DNA from: Candidatus Altimarinota bacterium
Lineage (GTDB): Bacteria; Patescibacteriota; Gracilibacteria; UBA4473
DNA length: 64,000 bases
NCBI GenBank assembly: GCA_965231215.1
Contig: OZ246423.1
Coordinates: forward strand, 736,001 to 800,000
Reading direction: 5' to 3'
In this document: positions 28,567-37,835 of the stretch, piece by piece
How the letters are laid out: each line of letters opens with the position of its first letter
How positions within the stretch are numbered: position 1 is the first letter of the stretch
The notes under the pieces: generated by a model
The model's database searches: none
What the model was told of the DNA's origin: nothing
The model's input: only the letters and a program-made list of their open reading frames with translations
Program-made: the position numbers and the translations under genes

Positions 28567-29229
28567 TTATAAAAAGTGCCTTTGCAAATAATCGACTAAT
28601 TTTTCTGCTTGAGCTTCAACCGAGTCTACTATTTTTAGCTGGGGGAATTTTTTTTCTATAGGGAGTTTTAAAACATGGTAGTGAGTGCAGCCGAGGATAA
28701 GCGTATCAATATTTTTTTGTATAAGAGCTTCAATTTTTTCAGTCCAGTAGGCTTCGCATTCTGTAGAGGAGGCTTCACCATTTTCTATCCAGGGAACGAG
28801 TTTAGGCGTGGGTTCGGAGAAAAGTAGGTGGTTACTGCTTAAATTTTTCATTTCACGGTCATATTTTTTCGAAGCTACTGTGTGCTTAGTGGCGATTAAT
28901 CCAATGCGTCCATCTGAGTTTTCTATGGCTACTTCAATGGCGGGAATAAGGCATCCTAAAATACGTTTTCCCCTATATTTAATTTGGAGTTTTCTCAGAG
29001 CATCACTACAAGCGGTGTTGCAAGCTAGGAGAATTAAATCACAATTTTGAGCCCATAGTTTTTGAAGGCCTTGTTCGGTAAGATTGAAAACTATTTCAGG
29101 TGTTTTGTTGCCGTAAGGGGCATTTTGGTGATCACAAAAAATTTCATATGTATGTTCTGGAAGTTTTTTAGAAATTACTTCCAGGGCGAATTTGCCTCCC
29201 ATTCCTGAATCAAATATCCCTATCTTCAT
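28567..29229 (-). CDS. murI: Glutamate racemase
   Basis: IGIFDSG.GG, PYG.K, LACNTA, LILGCTHY. Confidence 0.95.
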   Translation of the reverse strand: MKIGIFDSGMGGKFALEVISKKLPEHTYEIFCDHQNAPYGNKTPEIVFNLTEQGLQKLWAQNCDLILLACNTACSDALRKLQIKYRGKRILGCLIPAIEVAIENSDGRIGLIATKHTVASKKYDREMKNLSSNHLLFSEPTPKLVPWIENGEASSTECEAYWTEKIEALIQKNIDTLILGCTHYHVLKLPIEKKFPQLKIVDSVEAQAEKLVDYLQRHFL

Positions 29230-29244
29230 GTTATAAAGTTATGA

Positions 29245-29356
29245 AAAAGGGCGAATTTCTTTGTCGCCCAAAAAAGTTTGCGGACGTGTATAAAAAATAC
29301 ACTTACCTGTGCGCCTTTTTTACTTCCTTGAACTGCTGCTCTTTGACAACTTTCTA
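29245..29356. repeat. Intergenic palindromic (MITE/REP-like) repeat
   Basis: GGGCGA..TCGCCC and GTGTAT..ATACAC hairpins; partial copy GGCGAATTTCTTCGTC at ~37255; related to the tRNA leader at 44780-44867. Confidence 0.5.
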
Positions 29357-29377
29357 TTACTTGGTTTGGCTTCATGT

Positions 29378-31021
29378 TTAGTCTTCTTTTAGTAAAGTAA
29401 CCAGCTGTAATTGTACCGAAGTTTCACCGTTCCAGGTATTTTCTTTGGCCTGTACCAAGAGGGTGTAGACAGTGCCTTCTTTAAGTTTTGCTACGATTTC
29501 TTCAGCAAAGAAGGCGACCATATTTACGTGATCTCCTTGATGAGTAAAGGTGGCACGAATATGGTTTTGATCCTGTCCCATATACCCCCAAGAAATAAGT
29601 TTCATATTTTGAAGGCCAAAGACAGGATGGGGGTTTTCAGCCCCAAATGGAGCGAGCTTTTTTTGTGATTCAAGCCAGGATTTATTCAACCATTTATGAG
29701 GGATAAAGGCTTCTAGCATATCTTCAGGCTCGGTGTCTTTTGGGACAACTGTATATCCTTTCAGAGCTTTCTTGAAAGTGTCTAAATTTTTAGGATCCAT
29801 CTGTAGGCCGGCTGCCTGGGCATGGCCGCCAAAATGTTCTAAGAATTGGGAATGGTCGGTTAAAATCTCAGTTATATGCGCACTCTTTGGGCTTCTGGCA
29901 GAACCGTGTACCTTAGCATCATTAAGTGTCAGAGCAATACAGGGTTTTTTGGTTTGGGTAGAAAAATGTCCGGCAATAAGCCCGAGTAGGCCGACAGACC
30001 AGGTTTCATGGAAAAACACATGCACCAGATCTTCGGAATTAACCTGGGCTTGAGCTGTTTTTATAGATTGTGTGGTAAGTTCACGTCGATAGAGATTGAG
30101 TTCTTGTAGATACTGGGCCTGATCAAATTGATGTTCAGGCGGACCAATAAAAAGCTGAAGCGCCTTCCCCACCTCCCCAATTCTGGAAGCAGCATTAAGG
30201 CAAGGGGCAATGGTAAAACCTATAGTTTCTTCATCTACAGAGCTCACATTGTGCAGTTTTAGAAGGTGCTTTAACCCTGACCAATGTGAATTTTGAAGGT
30301 GCTGTAAGCCCAAAATATTAAGGGTTCTAACTTCGCCAGATTGAGGCATGCAGTCGGCGGTTTGCCCTAGAGCCGCCAGTTCTAAATAAGGCGCTAAAAA
30401 GGCTTCAGCCTCTTCCAACCCCAGAGCCTTGGTAAGACCTTGCAGGAGTTTTAGTGCGACTCCAGCCCCAGATAAGTTTTTTTCTGGATAATTACACTTT
30501 TCCTGATTGGGATTAAGTATAGCAACAGCGGTTTTGGGAAATTTTTTAGGATCAGAAATATGGTGGTCTGTAATAATTACTTCCATTCCTTTTTGGGTTG
30601 CATATTCAACCTCTTGATAGTCATTTATACCACAATCACAGGTTAGGATGAGATTGGTTTGGGTCTGAGCAATTTCATCTATGTGGTAGGTTTTAAGGCC
30701 GTGAGAATCTTTGACTCTATCGGGAATGCGGTAAGAAACCTGTGCCCCAAGTCTTTTTAGTCCATCAAAAAGCATAACCGTACTCGTAATCCCATCGGTA
30801 TCAAAATCTCCAAAGATCATGATACGCTTACGGTCTTCTATCGCTTTTAAAATTCTCTGGACAGCTTTGTCCATGCCCCACATTTTTTGTGGGTCACAGA
30901 GGTGCTGAAAACCAGGATGCAAAAAAGCCTCCAACTCCTTTCCTCCAGCCCGTTCTTGGAGCATCATTTCCCATAGGTGTTCAGGGCTTTTAGGTCTAAA
31001 TTTGGGTTGCCAATTCATCAT
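29378..31021 (-). CDS. recJ: Single-stranded-DNA-specific exonuclease RecJ
   Basis: GDFDTDGITS, TCDCG, ITDHH, P.LNAASR, GSARS, FGGHAQAAG, LAPFG.ENP.P; start probably 31021/31018. Confidence 0.95.
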   Translation of the reverse strand: MMNWQPKFRPKSPEHLWEMMLQERAGGKELEAFLHPGFQHLCDPQKMWGMDKAVQRILKAIEDRKRIMIFGDFDTDGITSTVMLFDGLKRLGAQVSYRIPDRVKDSHGLKTYHIDEIAQTQTNLILTCDCGINDYQEVEYATQKGMEVIITDHHISDPKKFPKTAVAILNPNQEKCNYPEKNLSGAGVALKLLQGLTKALGLEEAEAFLAPYLELAALGQTADCMPQSGEVRTLNILGLQHLQNSHWSGLKHLLKLHNVSSVDEETIGFTIAPCLNAASRIGEVGKALQLFIGPPEHQFDQAQYLQELNLYRRELTTQSIKTAQAQVNSEDLVHVFFHETWSVGLLGLIAGHFSTQTKKPCIALTLNDAKVHGSARSPKSAHITEILTDHSQFLEHFGGHAQAAGLQMDPKNLDTFKKALKGYTVVPKDTEPEDMLEAFIPHKWLNKSWLESQKKLAPFGAENPHPVFGLQNMKLISWGYMGQDQNHIRATFTHQGDHVNMVAFFAEEIVAKLKEGTVYTLLVQAKENTWNGETSVQLQLVTLLKED

Positions 31022-31065
31022 GATAATGGTAGACATTTTTGGGCCAAAGGCGATTTAATTTTACA

Positions 31066-31962
31066 ATGAAAGTGCACGTATATGATTTTCGATGGAATGA
31101 TGAAAAATCTTTTGAATTTCAGGCTTCAAAAGATCAACGGTTTGGAGTGAAGAAATTACAAATAGGAGACACGCTTTCACTTCGCGTAATCAGTGATCTT
31201 AGTTGTGCTGGATCTCGAAGAGACGGAAATTGGCAGCCTTGTCCAGATCAAGTTCAGGGAAAGAAAAAATGTGAAGTATGTCGAAACCGCGAAGGAAATT
31301 TTGTTATTACTTCGTTTGATGGATTTAATACTGATATTTTTACACCAGAAGATTTAGCCAGGCTGGATGGAGATCACTGGGTGTATCTTGCCTTGTTTGA
31401 TACTCATGCTCAGAAAGTGGGAGTTTCTAAAGCGGAACGAAAAGTCCTGCGTCAAATAGAGCAAGGGTCCCATCAAACACTCTATATTGCTAAAACGCCA
31501 AATGGGATTTTAGCCAGACAGATAGAAACCTGTTTTAGAAATTCAGGATTAGCCGATAAGCTTCAGGCTTCAACCAAAAAAGATTTTTTATGTCCCGAGG
31601 TGCCCCCTGAAACTGGAGAAGCTTCACTTCGGGCAACCTTTGAAGCACACAAAAATAGCGTCTCTGATTTTCCACAACTTCAACCCTACCTTCTCGAAAA
31701 ACCAGAGTTTATTGATTGGTCAGACCATTTTGGGATTAACTATGTAAACCAAAGTGATAAAAGTTTTCATAACGTTAAGTTAAAAAAAGATGAATCAGTA
31801 TCCGGCCGTATTGTTGCAGTTAAAGGGCCATTCCTTATTCTGGAAACAGATACAGAGTTAGTGGCTTTGTGTGCTAAAGATTTAATGGGAAGAATGGTTG
31901 ATTTTGATCCATTACCAGCAGGGCTCACGCTTAATTCAGCTTTCCAAGGTGCTTTATTCTAA
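31066..31962 (+). CDS. DUF2797 family protein
   Basis: C.G...C...C..C, H.VYLA....KVGV......R.IEQG, G.I.AVKG..L; start ATG 31066. Confidence 0.8.
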   Translation: MKVHVYDFRWNDEKSFEFQASKDQRFGVKKLQIGDTLSLRVISDLSCAGSRRDGNWQPCPDQVQGKKKCEVCRNREGNFVITSFDGFNTDIFTPEDLARLDGDHWVYLALFDTHAQKVGVSKAERKVLRQIEQGSHQTLYIAKTPNGILARQIETCFRNSGLADKLQASTKKDFLCPEVPPETGEASLRATFEAHKNSVSDFPQLQPYLLEKPEFIDWSDHFGINYVNQSDKSFHNVKLKKDESVSGRIVAVKGPFLILETDTELVALCAKDLMGRMVDFDPLPAGLTLNSAFQGALF

Positions 31963-32882
31963 TGAAAACAGTAGAAATTCAGGCTACAGGTAAACGAACC
32001 ACACGGGAAATTACCCGCAAAATTTTATCGGAAGAACTTGAGGTTCACTCTCGGGATCTTCGGCCGATCTTTTCGGTGAGCCAGGTGGCTACCATCATGC
32101 CTCGAGGGAAAGGCATTGTGGTGAACTTAGGGGTGATAAAAATGTGTGTTTTAACCAATAAAGTAATAGTTTTTAATTTGGATGAATCGGAAATTGCAGA
32201 AAAATTCATCCCCAACCTTATAGATAAATTAAAGGCAGAAAAACCATCTACAGATTTTGAAGCCTTTATGTTGGATTTTGCCTTTAATCACAAGGTAAAA
32301 AAAATGAGAAGTGTTTTGGAAGCCTTGGAAAAAGCCGTAGAAAAAATGCTCAAAAAGATTCAGCGTTTTGCCGATGACAATTCACTTGAAAAACTACTAG
32401 CACTGAAAAAAAGAATCTCAAAATTTGAAATTATTGTGAAAGAAAATGATGCTGCGGCTTTAGAAATATTGGAAGATGATGAAGAGTTAGCAGATCTTTG
32501 TTTATCGCAAAAGAAAGCCAAAACCAAAAACATTAATTTTGATGAAATTGAATCTATCCTGGATTCTTTTACCGATCAAATTGAACAAATCGATTACAAG
32601 CTAAGCAACCTAAAAGAAAATATAGATGACACACAGGAGATTATCACCCTCAAGTTACATCATCGCCGAAATACCATTATACGGTTTGATTTGATAGCGA
32701 CGCTTGTTACCGCGTTGTTTTCATTTTTAGCCGTAATTACCGGTCTGTATGGCATGAATATCCGCAACAACCTGGAAAGCAACCACGAAGCCTTTTGGGG
32801 TATTGTGATGATATTTGGGATTTTAGTGTTGATCTTTTTGGGGTGGACGTGGTGGTATTTGCGGCGAAATAAAATTCTCTAA
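31962..32882 (+). CDS. CorA-superfamily Mg2+ transporter, MRS2-like
   Basis: RDLR, LEDDE.LA.L.L, RN.II.FDL, GLYGMN, two C-terminal TM helices. Confidence 0.88.
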   Translation: MKTVEIQATGKRTTREITRKILSEELEVHSRDLRPIFSVSQVATIMPRGKGIVVNLGVIKMCVLTNKVIVFNLDESEIAEKFIPNLIDKLKAEKPSTDFEAFMLDFAFNHKVKKMRSVLEALEKAVEKMLKKIQRFADDNSLEKLLALKKRISKFEIIVKENDAAALEILEDDEELADLCLSQKKAKTKNINFDEIESILDSFTDQIEQIDYKLSNLKENIDDTQEIITLKLHHRRNTIIRFDLIATLVTALFSFLAVITGLYGMNIRNNLESNHEAFWGIVMIFGILVLIFLGWTWWYLRRNKIL

Positions 32883-33442
32883 CGATCATCAAAATCTTTT
32901 TCAAAAAAGAAGCTGGTAATTAAAAAGGCAATAGCGGGTAAAGAGAACCAAATTTGGTAGTAATCAATCAATACTTGAGCTAATAAGGACTGCTCATATA
33001 CCTGAATTTCTTTAGCAAAAAGCATCCCTTCTACAAAAGAGTTTCCAGACATATAGATTAAAATTGTAGAGAGAAACAGCAAGGCCGAAAGCCCTGAAAA
33101 AAGTCCGTGTAAAAGCAGTCTAACAGCCCACCGTTCGTGTTTTTCTAATACCACATGAAACCCGCTTTTTACTACAAAAATAACCACCGCCACAATGAGT
33201 AAAATAATGCGTATCCAGGTAAAAATCTGTACTTCGTTTTCGCCAAAAAGTTGCTGAAATCCTGGAGAAGGGTCAAACACAAACCGCTTTAATACTCCAG
33301 CGACTCCATCAGAAGCTAAAATAGCAATATAGATAGATAGAATAAGTTTTATCGTAGAGTCTTGTCCTAGTAAAAAACTATAAGCACACAGCATTACAAA
33401 AGCTGACAGTATCACCAGGTTCCACGTCAGGGCAATTTCCAT
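32879..33442 (-). CDS. Hypothetical membrane protein (about 5 TM helices)
   Basis: Hydrophobic ORF, WN/ILSIYIA pattern seen in CPR membrane proteins. Confidence 0.7.
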   Translation of the reverse strand: MEIALTWNLVILSAFVMLCAYSFLLGQDSTIKLILSIYIAILASDGVAGVLKRFVFDPSPGFQQLFGENEVQIFTWIRIILLIVAVVIFVVKSGFHVVLEKHERWAVRLLLHGLFSGLSALLFLSTILIYMSGNSFVEGMLFAKEIQVYEQSLLAQVLIDYYQIWFSLPAIAFLITSFFFEKDFDDR

Positions 33443-33532
33443 TCGTCCAGATTATGAACCATCACAGATTAATTACCAATTTTATTGTTTTTTTATAGCC
33501 CCACTTCGACCCCTAGAAAAGTCTTTTATAGC

Positions 33533-33561
33533 TTGAAAAAAAGTACTATCTGTGGTACAAT
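33533..33561 (+). promoter_or_regulatory. Leaderless sigma70 promoter of the prgI-like gene
   Basis: TTGAAA-N17-TACAAT with extended TG, 6 nt before the ATG. Confidence 0.65.
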
Positions 33562-33567
33562 TTCCTG

Positions 33568-34029
33568 ATGGTACTACGCTATAAGGTTCCGCAGAACGTA
33601 CAGAGGGAAGATCAAATTATTTGGTTTATCACTCTACGTCAGCTAATTGTACTACTTGTGACCGGTGGAATTTCTTACTTTTTGTACGTTACGCTCAGCA
33701 AAATTTATGTCCTTTCCCCTATAGAGATTTTTATTGTGTTTATGCCCCTGGTGATTGGAGCTGCATTTGCCTTTGTAAAGATCAAAGGGCTTAATCTAAC
33801 AAAGCTCTGTCTGCTGCTTTTAGAGCAAACTATTTTTTTGCCAGGACGAAGGTTTTGGCAGTCCAACACACACCCCTTTGTCTCAATGACTCAGCCTTTT
33901 TCACTTACCGAAAAAAAGGATGATGGCCCCAAACAAACGAAAGACTTTTCTAGAGAAAAAGTTAAAAACCTTGCTCATGTACTAGATACCGGAGGGTTCA
34001 AAAAAAAATCTAAACGTAAAAAATCATAA
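33568..34029 (+). CDS. PrgI family protein (VirB3-like T4SS component)
   Basis: YKVPQNV.REDQII..ITLRQ, two TM helices, F.K.G, P.RR.W. Confidence 0.85.
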   Translation: MVLRYKVPQNVQREDQIIWFITLRQLIVLLVTGGISYFLYVTLSKIYVLSPIEIFIVFMPLVIGAAFAFVKIKGLNLTKLCLLLLEQTIFLPGRRFWQSNTHPFVSMTQPFSLTEKKDDGPKQTKDFSREKVKNLAHVLDTGGFKKKSKRKKS

Positions 34030-34031
34030 TT

Positions 34032-34766
34032 ATGGCCAGAAAAGAAAAAGAAACCGTGCACACCAAGTCGAAAAACAAAATACTTTCGACCCAGAGGTAT
34101 TTGGACTTTGCTGGAGTTCATGATGATACGCTTATTCTCAAAAATGGTGGGCTCAGAGCCATTCTAGAAGTCAGCTCTGTCAACTTCAACCTCAAGTCAG
34201 AAGAAGAGCAAAACGCTATCATTTACGGATATCAAAGATTTGTGAATGCTCTTAATTTTCCTGTTCAGATTCTGGTAAAGTCTCGGAAGTTAGACATTGA
34301 TCAATACCTTGATAGTCTCAAAGAAAAACTTCGGCACCAACAAAATGAACTACTAAAGGCGCAGATGTCAGAATATATTGAATATGTAGCCAAGCTGGTA
34401 GAATACGCTGACATCATGGAGAAAAAGTTTTACGTAGTGGTGCCACAAAACCCACTTAGAGCTGAACAAAAAGGAACTTTGGTCAGTTTTTGGCAGAAGA
34501 TTCACCCGGATGATAAAGTAGAAGAAATTATCAAACGTCGAAAAGAATTTAAGATGCTTAAACGAGGACTAGATGAACGAATTAATATCGTTACTACCGG
34601 GCTCGAAAATTGTGGACTCAATGTTACACAGTTAGGAACCGAAAGAATTATTCAGTTGTTTTATCAATGCTATAATCCTCAACTTTCACGGCAAGAGAAA
34701 GTAGTTAAATATCAAGACTATGGATTGGATGATCAGCCAGAAGATAAACTCATCACCGAAGATTAA
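34032..34766 (+). CDS. VirB4/TraE N-terminal-like protein (CPR T4SS-associated, no ATPase domain)
   Basis: STQ..L....V.D...ILK.G..RAIL.VS.VNF.LKS.EEQ.AII..Y..F.N.L.FP.QI...SR.LD, K.FYVVVP, LFY..YNP. Confidence 0.8.
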   Translation: MARKEKETVHTKSKNKILSTQRYLDFAGVHDDTLILKNGGLRAILEVSSVNFNLKSEEEQNAIIYGYQRFVNALNFPVQILVKSRKLDIDQYLDSLKEKLRHQQNELLKAQMSEYIEYVAKLVEYADIMEKKFYVVVPQNPLRAEQKGTLVSFWQKIHPDDKVEEIIKRRKEFKMLKRGLDERINIVTTGLENCGLNVTQLGTERIIQLFYQCYNPQLSRQEKVVKYQDYGLDDQPEDKLITED

Positions 34767-34767
34767 G

Positions 34768-35199
34768 ATGATTAAAAAAAATTATAGGTTTATTTATTTT
34801 TACAGGCCTCCCTCGGGTGAGGAGCGGGGATCAGAGGGGGAGCCAGAATACACAGAGAATCAGCGTAGAGCTTTGAAAAATATAGAGTTTGTTCAAACTC
34901 AATTAACTGATGGAGAGGATATTCCAGGGTTTTTAACGGAGTGTCTAAAACTCATTAAAGGCTCAACTTTTCTTAATAATGTTACAAACCAAGAAGCTTT
35001 AATAAATTACTTTGCCTCCCTTGACGCTCAGACTTTAGTTGTTGAAATTGAAATCAAGATTCCCTCATTGGTTCAAGATTTAACTTCGAAAAACCCAGGA
35101 ATTGAAATAATAAAATTTAAAAATCAATCCAAGTTTTACAGAGAAATCGTAGAAGTTTATTGCCGAAACTTTAGAGTAGACGGAGTTTTGGCAGATTAA
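34768..35199 (+). CDS. Hypothetical protein (143 aa)
   Basis: ATG 34768, one base after the upstream stop; fills the gap to the recG stop. Confidence 0.6.
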   Translation: MIKKNYRFIYFYRPPSGEERGSEGEPEYTENQRRALKNIEFVQTQLTDGEDIPGFLTECLKLIKGSTFLNNVTNQEALINYFASLDAQTLVVEIEIKIPSLVQDLTSKNPGIEIIKFKNQSKFYREIVEVYCRNFRVDGVLAD

Positions 35200-37217
35200 A
35201 AATATACTTTCTCTGACACAATATGTTTTTGTAGTTGAGGGTATTTGGTGAGTTCTAGATCTGCTTCTAATATTTTAGTGGCCCAGTCGCGGGCATTTTT
35301 CATCATTGCTATATCATTAAAGTCGGCGCACTTGAGATCTGGTAAGCCACTTTGTCGAAGCCCATAAACTTCTCCCGCTCCACGAAGTTTCATATCAATT
35401 TCTGATAAATAAAATCCGTCATTACTACGCTCCATAGCTTGAAGACGAGCCTTAGATTTATCCTCAGGATTACCGACCATCAGAAAACAGTAAGATTGAA
35501 AATCATTTCGCCCAATTCGTCCTCGGAATTGATGGAGTTGAGCCAGGCCAAACCGTTCTGAGTTTTCAATTACCATAACGGTAGAATTTGGTATATCTAC
35601 TCCTACTTCTATCACAGAGGTGGAGACCAATATATCAAATTCGTGGTCTTTGAACTGAGCCATTATCGAGTCTTTTTCTTTGGCTTTGAGTTTGCCGTGT
35701 AAAAAGTTTACGCGACGTTTTGGAAATATTTGTTCGGCAATTCGGACATACTCATCATGCACATTTTTGGCTTCAATCTTGTCGGATTCATCTACCAGTG
35801 GGCAGACCCAAAAAATCTGTCTCCCCTTCTGAATCTGGTCATCTATGAATTTATAACACAAGGATTCGGTTTGAGCATCAGCCACAATACGGGTGATGAT
35901 TTCTTTTCTTCCAGCGGGTTTTTCACGAATGATAGAGAGATCCTGATCTCCATAAACCGTTAAGGCTAAACTTCTAGGAATAGGCGTAGCGGTCATCGCT
36001 AACACATGACTATTATTGCCTGCCAAGAGAGCTCTTTGCTCTACTCCAAACCGGTGTTGTTCATCTATCACTGCAAATCCAAGGGTTTTAAAGACCGTAC
36101 TTTCTGTCAGAATAGCGTGGGTGCCAACGATGATTTTAATGTCACCATTTTTGAGTTTGGCTTTAATTTTTTCTTTATTTTTGGCCGTTACAGAGCCGGT
36201 GAGTAGTTCATAGGTTCCAGTGTCAAAGAGTCCAAACTTTAGGAGAGAAGAGAAGTGTTGTTTGGCAAGAATTTCAGTGGGGGCGAGTATCGCCACTTGG
36301 TATCCAGCTCGGACAACCTGGAGGGCGGCGAGTAGACCAATAATAGTTTTTCCGCTCCCTACATCTCCTTGTAAAAGCCTGTGCATTGGACGATCCTTGG
36401 CAAAGTCTTCAAGGATGTCGGCGAGAGCTTTTTTTTGGTGAGTAGTGAGTGCGAAGGGAAGTTTGGCCAAATCTTGTTTTGTCACCTCAGGATCAAAAGA
36501 AATCTGATAGGGGTTTTTGTGCGTTTTTTCACGATGGATTTTCGCCTGCATAACTCGGAGTTGAATGCTAAAAATTTCCTCAAAACCAAGTCTATGTTTA
36601 GCTTTTTGCCAGTCATCTCCACTTTTTGGGAAATGAATGTTTTTTATAGCTTCGGACTTTCCCATGAGTTTTTCTGTATCCAAAATTTCCTGTGGTAGCA
36701 CTTCGGGAAAGTCTTTCGTAAGGGGGAGTAATCCATGAATTTTTTCTCTAAGCCACTTAGAGGTGATCGGTGGAGACTCTGGATAAATAGGCCTAATGCC
36801 GCCTATGTGTACATTTTCTTCCAAGTGAATTTCGGGATTTTTGCACTGAATAGAACCGTAATTTCGTTCTACCTTCCCCACTAAAAATACTCTTCGCGGA
36901 AGTGGTATATTTTTTAATTGATAGGGAATTTGGAACCAGACGACTTCAATACTACCTCCATCAGCAAGGACTAAATGGGCTTTCCCCAATTTTTTGCCAT
37001 TTTTAGTTCGTACTTGAGAAAAGTTTTGAAGAGTGCCCTCTAGTGTGTTTTTTTCCCCCAGTATGAGTTGGGCCACTTGGTTAGTTATATCAGTAGATTC
37101 TAAAGCTCTTGGGAAGAACCCTAAAAGATCTTCTCCTGTATAAATCCCCATTAAATTGAGTTTTTTAATGTGGTTTTTGGTCGTCCGTAGTATCTTTTCT
37201 AGTGGCGTCTTAATCAT
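35196..37217 (-). CDS. recG: ATP-dependent DNA helicase RecG
   Basis: RLLQGDVGSGKT, APTEILA.QH, IDEQHRFGV.QR, MTATPIPR, ERFGLAQLHQ.RGR.GR, DGF.L.E.D..LRG.G. Confidence 0.97.
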   Translation of the reverse strand: MIKTPLEKILRTTKNHIKKLNLMGIYTGEDLLGFFPRALESTDITNQVAQLILGEKNTLEGTLQNFSQVRTKNGKKLGKAHLVLADGGSIEVVWFQIPYQLKNIPLPRRVFLVGKVERNYGSIQCKNPEIHLEENVHIGGIRPIYPESPPITSKWLREKIHGLLPLTKDFPEVLPQEILDTEKLMGKSEAIKNIHFPKSGDDWQKAKHRLGFEEIFSIQLRVMQAKIHREKTHKNPYQISFDPEVTKQDLAKLPFALTTHQKKALADILEDFAKDRPMHRLLQGDVGSGKTIIGLLAALQVVRAGYQVAILAPTEILAKQHFSSLLKFGLFDTGTYELLTGSVTAKNKEKIKAKLKNGDIKIIVGTHAILTESTVFKTLGFAVIDEQHRFGVEQRALLAGNNSHVLAMTATPIPRSLALTVYGDQDLSIIREKPAGRKEIITRIVADAQTESLCYKFIDDQIQKGRQIFWVCPLVDESDKIEAKNVHDEYVRIAEQIFPKRRVNFLHGKLKAKEKDSIMAQFKDHEFDILVSTSVIEVGVDIPNSTVMVIENSERFGLAQLHQFRGRIGRNDFQSYCFLMVGNPEDKSKARLQAMERSNDGFYLSEIDMKLRGAGEVYGLRQSGLPDLKCADFNDIAMMKNARDWATKILEADLELTKYPQLQKHIVSEKVYF

Positions 37218-37403
37218 GGGTAACACTCTTATAATAGCTAAAGCCCTAAAAAACGGCGAATTTCTTCGTCCTCAAACTTCTGAGTTTTTGAGCCCTTTTC
37301 TTTGTTGAAGGCAAAAAACAGCAAAAAAATTTGGCAAAATACAAAATTTGCTGGAGAATTACGTAGAACTTCTTAAAGAAGCCTTTGTTTTCACCCTTTT
37401 ATC

Positions 37404-37778
37404 ATGAAAAAATACCTTGCTCCTGGCCTCGGCCTTATGACTGCTGCTGCTTTCTTCATAGATCCAGCATTTGCTCAACTTATCGACATTAACGATAGCC
37501 CCACTGAAATTCAAAATGTAACGAACTCTGAAACTAGTTTCAGACAAATGGTGCTCCGATTTATTAACTTCTTCCTCTTTTTCCTCGGACTTTTAGCCAC
37601 AGCCTTTGTGATCTATGGAGGATTCCTTTACATCACTTCTCAAGGAGACGATGCAGGCGTAGAAAAAGCCAAAAAAATTCTTACCTTCTCCGCTATTGGG
37701 ATCTTGGTAATCCTTGTTTCTTTTGCGCTTATCAACACGATCCTCACTGCTGGGCTTGGGAACAGAGCCCTCACGTAA
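37404..37778 (+). CDS. VirB2/TrbC-like CPR pilin
   Basis: Signal ending AFA, then IYGGF.YITS.GD...VEKAKK.L....IG..VI..S.A.IN. Confidence 0.85.
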   Translation: MKKYLAPGLGLMTAAAFFIDPAFAQLIDINDSPTEIQNVTNSETSFRQMVLRFINFFLFFLGLLATAFVIYGGFLYITSQGDDAGVEKAKKILTFSAIGILVILVSFALINTILTAGLGNRALT

Positions 37779-37803
37779 AAAGAGTATTTTTTCAAAAATA
37801 TAT

Positions 37804-37835
37804 AAAAAGCCGTCAGTTTATGACGGCTTTTTTTT
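37804..37835. terminator. Bidirectional intrinsic terminator
   Basis: AAAAAGCCGTCA-gttta-TGACGGCTTTTT between convergent genes. Confidence 0.85.

Noticed and set aside
33568-34766. Integrative conjugative element
   Set aside because: No relaxase, coupling protein, integrase or boundaries; the flanks are housekeeping genes
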